In this document: one piece after another, positions 1 to 6,623 of the stretch
Layout: the number at the start of each line of letters is the position of its first letter
How positions within the stretch are numbered: position 1 is the first letter of the stretch
Sequence record: DRR723986_3087
DNA length: 32,252 nt
Strand: one strand, 5' to 3'
Notes under the pieces: generated by a model
Databases searched by the model: none
The model's input: only the letters and a program-made list of their open reading frames with translations
What the model was told of the DNA's origin: nothing
Translations under genes and position numbers: made by a program

Positions 1-597
1 CACATGGGTGACGCCCATATCGTGATCATCCACCACAACCGCCAGCATATAAACGGGCGTGCCATCAGAGCGCAGCAAAACCATATCATCCAGCTGGTCA
101 TTGCGGATGGTAACATCGCCCTGCACCTGGTCTTTGATCACGCTCACCCCGTCGCGCGGGGCCTTGATGCGCACCACATAGGAGGCATCTGGGTGGCTGG
201 CGGGGTCGGCATCGCGCCAGGGGCTTTGGAACAGGGTTGAACGTTTCTCGGCCTGTGCGGCCTCGCGAAAGGCTTGAATTTCCTCTTGGGTGGCAAAGCA
301 TTTATAGGCCTTGCCCGCGGCCAGCAGGCTGTGGGCCACTTCGGCGTGGCGCGCGGCGCGGTCGAATTGGCTGATGATCTCGCCGTCATGATCCAGCCCC
401 AGCCACGCCATGCCCGATAAAATGGCCTGCGTCGCCTCGGGGGTTGATCGGGCGCGATCCGTATCCTCGATACGCAACAAAAACTTGCCACCACGCCCCC
501 GCGCATAAAGCCAGTTAAACAGCGCCGTCCGGGCGCCGCCGATGTGCAAATAGCCAGTGGGCGAGGGGGCAAAGCGGGTGACGACAGGGCCTGACAT
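1..597 (-). CDS. gltX: Glutamate--tRNA ligase, N-terminal part (runs off the window start)
   Basis: My translation from ATG at 597 gives [29 protein letters not shown] (class I aaRS HIGH motif); the frame is open to position 1. Not in the ORF track because its stop lies outside the window. Confidence 0.97.
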   Translation of the reverse strand, partial: MSGPVVTRFAPSPTGYLHIGGARTALFNWLYARGRGGKFLLRIEDTDRARSTPEATQAILSGMAWLGLDHDGEIISQFDRAARHAEVAHSLLAAGKAYKCFATQEEIQAFREAAQAEKRSTLFQSPWRDADPASHPDASYVVRIKAPRDGVSVIKDQVQGDVTIRNDQLDDMVLLRSDGTPVYMLAVVVDDHDMGVTHV

Positions 598-605
598 GCG
601 GTTTA

Positions 606-621
606 GTTAACCTTTCGGTAA
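606..621. promoter_or_regulatory. Putative CtrA box upstream of comEC
   Basis: GTTAA-CCTTTCG-GTAA; the reverse complement TTAC-N7-TTAAC has 1 mismatch to the CtrA consensus TTAA-N7-TTAAC. It lies in the divergent gltX-comEC gap. Confidence 0.6.
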
Positions 622-677
622 GAATTCAGTTGCTAGCTTTTACGCCTGTCTACCGGGGTGCCAAGCAGGGGGCAAGC

Positions 678-2153
678 GTGCGTGTTTTCCAAACACTTGA
701 AACCGCCTTTGCCCTGCAGCGGGGGGCGTTGTTTCCCTGGGCGCCGGTGATGTTAGCCTGTGGGATAGGGCTGTATTTTTCCTTAACGATCGAGCTGACT
801 TTCCCCATTTATACGGCGCTTTTTGTCATTTTTGTAATCGCCAGCGCCGCGGCGCTGCGGGGCGGGCTGTTGGCGCAGGTTTGGGCGGGGGCTGTGGCGC
901 TGGTTGTGCTGGGGGTGCTTTTGGCGGGTTTGCGCGCCCATGCGGTGGCGGGGCCGGTGCTGGGCTTTCGCTATTATGGGCCGGTCGAGGGGCGCATTAT
1001 CGCGATAGATCGATCAGGCAGCGATGCGCTGCGGCTGCTGCTCGATCAGGTGGTGTTGGCCGATACCGCCCCCGACAGGGTGCCGCGCCGCGTGCGGGTG
1101 TCGCTGCATGGGGCGCAGGGTGTTGTGGTGCTGGCGCCCGGGCAACGGGTGATGATGAGCGCGCATCTTTCGGCGCCATCTGGCCCGGTCGAGCCGGGCG
1201 GCTTTGATTTTCGCCGCCATGCCTGGTTTTTGGGAATTGGTGCGGTGGGTTATACCCGCACGCCGGTGGTGCTGGCGGTGGCAGATCGCCAGGGCGTTTG
1301 GCTGGGGCAGCTGCGCCACCACCTGTCGCAAAGGGTGCAGGCGCGCATTTCTGGCGATGCGGGCGGGTTTGCGGCAGCGATTCTCACAGGCGATCGTTCG
1401 GCGGTGGCGCAACCCCGGCTCGAGGCGCTGCGCGACAGCAATTTGGCGCATCTGCTGGCGATTTCAGGGCTGCATATGGGGCTGTTGGCGGGGTTTGTTT
1501 TTGCCCTTATTCGCGGTGGGCTGGCGCTGTGCCCGCCGCTGGCGTTGCGCCTGCCGGCGCGCAAAATTGCAGCTGTGGTGGCCATGGCGGCAGGGGCGTT
1601 TTACCTGGCGCTTTCGGGGGGCAATGTGGCAACCGAACGCGCCTTTAGCATGGTTGCGGTGATGCTCTGCGCGGTGTTGCTGGAACGCCGCGCGTTGTCG
1701 TTGCGATCAGTGGCGGTTGCGGCGCTGGTGGTGCTGGCCTTGCGCCCCGAGGCACTGGCAGGCCCCGGTTTTCAAATGAGTTTTGCCGCCACCACGGCCC
1801 TGGTGGCGGTGTTTGGCTGGCTGACCAAGCAGCGCCCAAATACCGGCTGGTTGGCCCAAAAATGGCTGCGGCTGGCGCTTGGCGTGGTGGTATCCTCGGG
1901 CATTGCGGGGCTGGCCACGGCACCTTTGGCGGCGGCGCATTTCAACCAGATTGCCCATTACGGATTGCTGGCCAATTTGGCCAGCGTGCCCCTGATGGGG
2001 GCGGTGATAATGCCTGCGGCGGTTATTGGCATTTGCCTGATGCCCTTTGGGCTTGACGGGGTGCCGCTGTGGGTGATGGGCCAAGGTTTGGCATGGGTGT
2101 TGTTTGTGGCCGATACCGTGGCGGCCTGGCCCTCCTCATATGTTATTTATTAA
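678..2153 (+). pseudogene. comEC: ComEC/Rec2 DNA-uptake channel, 5' part, interrupted by the integrated element
   Basis: Motifs PGGFDFRR and HLLAISGLH, GFQMSF and many TM helices. Likely start is GTG 678 (ORF track starts at 630). Host sequence ends at the att core (2132); the tail SSYVIY* is element-derived. Confidence 0.93.
2118..2140. repeat. Left attachment junction (core CTGGCCC at 2126-2132)
   Basis: GTGGCG-GC-CTGGCCC-TC-CTCATA; the core is identical to 11120-11126. Confidence 0.88.
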
Positions 2154-2214
2154 CATATTGATTTTAAGTTATAAAAATAGACGAAAATAATGTCGTATAC
2201 CAAACTGTATACCA
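2151..2214. promoter_or_regulatory. Left att arm: IHF consensus site and tandem integrase arm-type repeats
   Basis: Reverse complement of 2151-2163 is AATCAATATGTTA, a perfect WATCAANNNNTTR. GTATACCA occurs at 2195-2202 and 2207-2214, and again at the other end (10994-11001). Confidence 0.65.
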
Positions 2215-2225
2215 CATCATTGGTT

Positions 2226-2585
2226 TTAGCATTCAGGCACCTCCCCGAAGTCATAAACCTCCACAGACCGCTCCCAGATAGCTTTGTGAGTAACTCTGTC
2301 AGCGTAGAAGCGGCCTTCGCCGGTCTGCACTTCAAAAAACCGGTGTTCGCCTTTTTTACGAGCGACAACCAATGTCACATTCGCCATTGGAATCAAGCAT
2401 GGGTTGCCACCTTGATCAAGCACCTCAAGCCAGCGTTTGCCGATTGTGGCCAGCTGATCCACGCCACGGTCCGTCAGTGTTGCTCGGACCCGCTTTCCGG
2501 CCTGCGCCTCGTATTCAATTTCGACATCATCACACCAGATAATCCGGTGATATGGAATTTTGCCCGATTCAGTTTCGATAAGCAT
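2226..2585 (-). CDS. Hypothetical protein (~119 aa, beta-rich), last gene of the element
   Basis: Within ORF 2226-2717. Preferred start ATG 2585 (MLIETESG) has GAGG just upstream and is co-oriented with the other element genes. Confidence 0.6.
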   Translation of the reverse strand: MLIETESGKIPYHRIIWCDDVEIEYEAQAGKRVRATLTDRGVDQLATIGKRWLEVLDQGGNPCLIPMANVTLVVARKKGEHRFFEVQTGEGRFYADRVTHKAIWERSVEVYDFGEVPEC

Positions 2586-2614
2586 AGATGGCCTCATGTT
2601 GCATAGAGAGAGAT

Positions 2615-2852
2615 TGGCCTGACCGAGACGGCGTGAGGTGCCGAGGACAGTTCGGTCAGGCCAGTTTGCATCCGCGCAGCCCTGCAAACCGCCGATGCTC
2701 AGGGGATCTAGAAGCACTCACCCCTGCAAAGTGATCCAAGTTATCTTGCGTGGCGTATGCATTGCAGGATCGCCACTTAATAGGCGCGCGCTTGGCCGAC
2801 GGTTAGCTGAGCAAGATGGGTGGCGCATCGCCCACACAACGCGCCACCCATC
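2615..2852 (-). ncRNA. Candidate structured RNA/ssDNA element between the capsid gene and the last ORF
   Basis: Series of perfect inverted repeats: 2615-2626/2652-2663 (12 bp), 2664-2670/2683-2689 (7 bp), 2700-2705/2721-2726, 2750-2755/2771-2776, 2815-2826/2841-2852 (12 bp), plus long-range 2696-2702/2807-2813. Strand is inferred from the flanking genes. Confidence 0.4.
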
Positions 2853-2857
2853 ATCTT

Positions 2858-4489
2858 TTACGCCGTCGTCAACGAAATCACGTTAAATGCCTGAGGGTGA
2901 CGAACATTCACGTCAGCCAGCATGTGCGATGTGATTGCGATTTTTGCCGACGTTGCGTTGGTATACGGATCGACAATCAGATCCACACCACCGAACATAG
3001 CGACCAGCAGATGCTGCCAAACGCCCAGATAGACGTTGCTTTCCGTTGCCTTGGTGGTCTGGATGACGCGCCGCCCGAGGATCGTATTTGTTGCGGGATC
3101 CACAACGAACCGCCCGGAGCCACTGTCGATCGCTGTCTGAGCGATGCGAGCATAATCCGCTGGGTGCATCACAAACACAGCGCCATCAGTGCTGATATTG
3201 TCAGCCTCGATAGCAGATAGAGCCGTCAGAGCCTCGGCATATGTGATCGTATTACCGGCGGCAGTCAGCGTATTCACGCCTGAGGTATTTGCCACCCCCG
3301 TCGGCTGCCCGTTAGCGCCTGTGCCTTCAAGGCCGGCGGTATCGATCGCCTGCATCAGCGTGGTGCCAATGCTCCGCCGAACAATCTCATCAATTGACGG
3401 CTGCGATTGAAGCAACGCTTCTCGAGTGAAGGTTTGAGACGCGCTCACACGCTTCATCGACATGCTGATGCTATCGACATCAATCGAGCTGTCCGAAACT
3501 GCTGCGCCCTCGGCGAGCCACGCTGCGGTAGCGTCTGCTGCCAGTTTTGGGACAGTGAAGTTGCGGTCAAGACCGGTCATAACAGTTGCACCCGCTGCCA
3601 TCACAGAGGACGCGGAACGCAGCTTGTCGATAAACATGCCTGCATTCAGATCGGTTGTGATTGCGCCTGCTGCATTGCCAGCTGACGTGATCGTTGCACG
3701 CTGACCAAGGATAGCAGATGCAGGCACGACCAGCCCGCGCGCTTGCCCGGGGTAGGAGCGAGCTGCCTCTTGAGACATTTCGCGCTCATAGCCCGCATTC
3801 GACCAGTCACCGGTCACATGCGCGCGCAGCACAGCGCCAATGCTGTAATCACGCGTCCCACGGCTGTGAACCGCAGGAGCCGCAAGATCCAAAGGCGAAG
3901 TTGCAACATCATCTAGCAGCTGATTGCGAAACTGCTCCAGCGACGTGCCAGCTTCGATAGCTGCGGCAGCAAGATCAGTTTTACCATGTTGACGGCCCAT
4001 GGCCGCGATTTGTTTCGCTTCATTTTCCATTGAAGAAGCCTTTCGAATTGCCCGCAAAGAGAACGCGGCGGCTTCCCGGCCTGTGCGTTTTTGCAGATAA
4101 GCGATGCTCAGAGCAGCCCCGCCAGAGGCAAAAGCCGCCATGGCTTTGCGCCCATTTTCCGACCTAGAAAATTTGACGGTTGCTCGGCCATCCTGATCGA
4201 TACTGACAGCGCCCACCTGTTTGCGGGTGTTGCCATTGAGCAGAACGGGAAACGGCCTATCCTGACCGCTCTTTAGCGCGTCATCGCAGCGCGCTTGAAG
4301 TTGATAAACCTCATGTCCCCGCGCAGTCCGCACAGCCGTATAGCGGCCGTCTACAGGCGTCTCTGAGGGGGCAAGACATGAAATCATTGTGGTGCTTTCA
4401 GCTGGCTCAAAATCACGTTTGGCCAGCTCTTTGATCGCAGCAATACGGGCAGCATCCAGCTGCATCGGTGCTGTTGGTGTTAGCTGCAT
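2858..4489 (-). CDS. HK97-fold major capsid protein with N-terminal degenerate prohead-protease-like domain (543 aa)
   Basis: C-terminal capsid signatures AAWLAEG, LEGTGANGQPTGV, FVMHP, ILGRRV, LIVDPYT and VRHPQAF. The N-terminus has SETPV, PVLLN, QVGAV, ATVKFSRS and LSIAY, resembling fused prohead proteases. Confidence 0.9.
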   Translation of the reverse strand: MQLTPTAPMQLDAARIAAIKELAKRDFEPAESTTMISCLAPSETPVDGRYTAVRTARGHEVYQLQARCDDALKSGQDRPFPVLLNGNTRKQVGAVSIDQDGRATVKFSRSENGRKAMAAFASGGAALSIAYLQKRTGREAAAFSLRAIRKASSMENEAKQIAAMGRQHGKTDLAAAAIEAGTSLEQFRNQLLDDVATSPLDLAAPAVHSRGTRDYSIGAVLRAHVTGDWSNAGYEREMSQEAARSYPGQARGLVVPASAILGQRATITSAGNAAGAITTDLNAGMFIDKLRSASSVMAAGATVMTGLDRNFTVPKLAADATAAWLAEGAAVSDSSIDVDSISMSMKRVSASQTFTREALLQSQPSIDEIVRRSIGTTLMQAIDTAGLEGTGANGQPTGVANTSGVNTLTAAGNTITYAEALTALSAIEADNISTDGAVFVMHPADYARIAQTAIDSGSGRFVVDPATNTILGRRVIQTTKATESNVYLGVWQHLLVAMFGGVDLIVDPYTNATSAKIAITSHMLADVNVRHPQAFNVISLTTA

Positions 4490-4860
4490 TTGTCAGCCTC
4501 CTCTAATTTTTTGAAATCGACCCATAGGGCGCTTGGCGACTGCATGCGGAGAGCCAGCGTTAGCCGGTGCAAATACAACGGAACGTAACGCTCGCCTTCA
4601 GACAGCAGCATTACACCGGCGATATGATCGCGAAGCCGCCACGCCGACAGAATAAGCGTAGACGCGCGTGAGAGGGTGCCTGCCGTTACAAGCGGCCCAC
4701 GGCCCCAAGCATCCATGCATGCAGCTAGCAAGGCATCACAGCGGCTTGCAGGCCACTCAGGAAACGCGCCCGCAACAATCGCCTGTGCGTTCTTCAGGCC
4801 TGTGCTGCGAATCCGCTGGGTATCTTCGCGGGTTAGCCATTTTGCTGGGGCGTTCATCAT
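4480..4860 (-). CDS. Hypothetical protein (126 aa)
   Basis: Overlaps the upstream stop (4857-4860) and the capsid start (4480-4489), consistent with translational coupling. Confidence 0.7.
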   Translation of the reverse strand: MMNAPAKWLTREDTQRIRSTGLKNAQAIVAGAFPEWPASRCDALLAACMDAWGRGPLVTAGTLSRASTLILSAWRLRDHIAGVMLLSEGERYVPLYLHRLTLALRMQSPSALWVDFKKLEEADKCS

Positions 4861-5288
4861 AAGATCCCCCGAACATGTGCATCGACGTAATCGCCGATTT
4901 CGATAAAGATGAAGTCAGCTTCCTCAAGCGCGGCAACGGCTGCCTCACGGGAGGTAAAAATGCCGGTGTAGTCTTCCAACTCACTCCAACTGGGAACACC
5001 GACGATCACCGTCTCGATCTCCCGCGCCTGATGCTGGTCGATGGCTTCAGCCAGCGCTTTTTCATCAATCAACTTAAGCAACTCAGCCTGCTTGCTTGTC
5101 GGCACTCCAAACATGCGCAAGCGGCCCATCAGCAGGCTCTTAGCGAGATCAACGGCTCCGTATCGGCGCTGATTTCCAACCCTCACGCCGTCGCTGAAGG
5201 GGAGGTCATAGCGGTAGCATTCATTTACCCAGTTTGAGCGGCTTCGGAAGCCAGCGCCGCGGGCTAAATCGGTAGTGGTAAATAGCAT
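4857..5288 (-). CDS. MerR-like winged-HTH protein (143 aa)
   Basis: N-terminus FTTTDLARGAG...GNQRRYGAVDL...LRMFGVP fits a MerR-type wHTH; GAGG RBS upstream; first gene of the capsid operon. Confidence 0.7.
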   Translation of the reverse strand: MLFTTTDLARGAGFRSRSNWVNECYRYDLPFSDGVRVGNQRRYGAVDLAKSLLMGRLRMFGVPTSKQAELLKLIDEKALAEAIDQHQAREIETVIVGVPSWSELEDYTGIFTSREAAVAALEEADFIFIEIGDYVDAHVRGIL

Positions 5289-5414
5289 TTGGCAACCTCA
5301 AGTTTGCGATGCAGTATATTGATTTAATTATACTATAATGAGGCGTCTGGGTGAATCTCTCCATTGGCTGCAAAGGTGAGATTTGGAGTTTTCGGGGCAG
5401 CCGCTGAGACTGGC

Positions 5415-5458
5415 TCGGGGTAAGAACGACCCGCGTTGCAGGGATTTATTGAGGACCC
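5415..5458 (-). other. Putative lambda-type cos packaging site (cosQ-like plus cosN-like)
   Basis: Minus strand reads GGGTCCT-N16-CGCGGGTCGTTCTTACCCCGA. GGGTCCT is identical to lambda cosQ and is followed at a similar spacing by a GC-rich partial dyad (GGGT-N7-ACCC). Confidence 0.45.
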
Positions 5459-5459
5459 A

Positions 5460-6302
5460 TCAGCGCTTATTCGTTAAGCCTGCTTTGGCTATTTCAACCG
5501 CATTTCGCAGTTCAGTGATCCGAAGATAATTTAACTGATCGGCAGTTCCCAAGCGCACTCTTCTTTTGATTAAATCGTTGAGGCGGGGAATATCGATACC
5601 CAATTCCAAATTATCTCTCTCGCGTTCGAGATACTCAACTACGAAGCCTTGGGGGCGACAGAAAAAAAACTCATGCCCATAACTTGCCACAAGTGAGTCA
5701 AAATTGGCGCCAAAAACTTCCTTCGGAACTTGGTAATAAGCGATACGCTTGGGAAAAGGTGGTAGGCAAACCAAGCTGTCACGATAACCAAAATCAAAAT
5801 AGACCGTTGCTCCACAATCGATCCAATTCTTTGGAAACACTGCAACCCGTGGGGTGGCAAAATGCCATTGGTAATAGAAATTATGCTGCCGAAAATCATC
5901 TTCAAATCTAGATTTATCCCGTTTCAGCCTATTTCCATCAACGATCCAAAGCATATCGCCGTAGAAGTCTTCTCGCGCCTTCTGTTCTTCGCGCGAAATG
6001 GGGCTGTGTTGGAACTCGATGACTAGTCCGCTGGGCGTCTTAACGTCAGCAATGTGCTTTTCACCGTTCGGAGCGAAATGGACAATTTCTTGCCATTCTT
6101 TTGGGAAGTTATCCTTCCAGTTTCGATGCCACTCGGTCTCAGGCTCCCACCAGCGATCGCAGTCGGTTTTACTTTTATGCGCCCAGTGCCAAACTCGCTG
6201 TTTGCCGCACTTGGCCACGACATCAGATCCGCAACACTGGCAAAGAGCCACGCCCCCGGGCGTCGGTTCAACCCTCTTATCCTCAAAGAGCGCGTATCGC
6301 AT
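5460..6302 (-). CDS. CoiA-like Zn-finger plus PD-(D/E)XK nuclease (280 aa)
   Basis: CQCCG...AKCG...WHWAH...DCD...EPETEWH and HIADV...VIEFQHS motifs typical of the CoiA-like family; 3' half is AT-rich. Confidence 0.85.
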   Translation of the reverse strand: MRYALFEDKRVEPTPGGVALCQCCGSDVVAKCGKQRVWHWAHKSKTDCDRWWEPETEWHRNWKDNFPKEWQEIVHFAPNGEKHIADVKTPSGLVIEFQHSPISREEQKAREDFYGDMLWIVDGNRLKRDKSRFEDDFRQHNFYYQWHFATPRVAVFPKNWIDCGATVYFDFGYRDSLVCLPPFPKRIAYYQVPKEVFGANFDSLVASYGHEFFFCRPQGFVVEYLERERDNLELGIDIPRLNDLIKRRVRLGTADQLNYLRITELRNAVEIAKAGLTNKR

Positions 6303-6429
6303 AGCGGTTCCCTAGAGTGAGACGATTGCCAGCAAGCTGAATTTGTAAGAAGTCTATCTTTTTGCTCTGAGCCTATCAGGAAGAGAGAGCAGAGCAAACT
6401 CAATAGAGAAATCAGGCTTTGGTCGCGCC

Positions 6430-6596
6430 AGTGGAAAAGGGGGAACGTTTCCACGCAACTTGCCGAACAGTGACCAAAGATGCCGATGCAATGCGGAAAC
6501 AATTAGACATAGACCTAAAAAGCATCTTTTAATCAGTCACTTAATACATTCTACATGTTGCGTGGGAAAGTAATCCCCCTTTTCCACTCATCCACT
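6430..6596. repeat. Long inverted repeat flanking an AT-rich spacer; putative replication origin
   Basis: AGTGGAAAAGGGGGAacgTTTCCACGCAAC (6430-6459) is inverted relative to GTTGCGTGGGAAAgtaaTCCCCCTTTTCCACT (6557-6588). An extra TCCACT lies at 6591-6596. Directly downstream of the primase-helicase gene. Confidence 0.7.
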
Positions 6597-6623
6597 ATGT
6601 CTCTAAAGACAGGGCTTTTTTTA

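Noticed and set aside
2190-2606. 138-aa plus-strand ORF
   Set aside because: Antisense to the better supported minus-strand ORF, starts inside the att arm repeats and has no recognisable motif.
6023-6502. 159-aa minus-strand ORF
   Set aside because: Overlaps the CoiA-like gene out of frame and runs through the inverted-repeat region; no motif.
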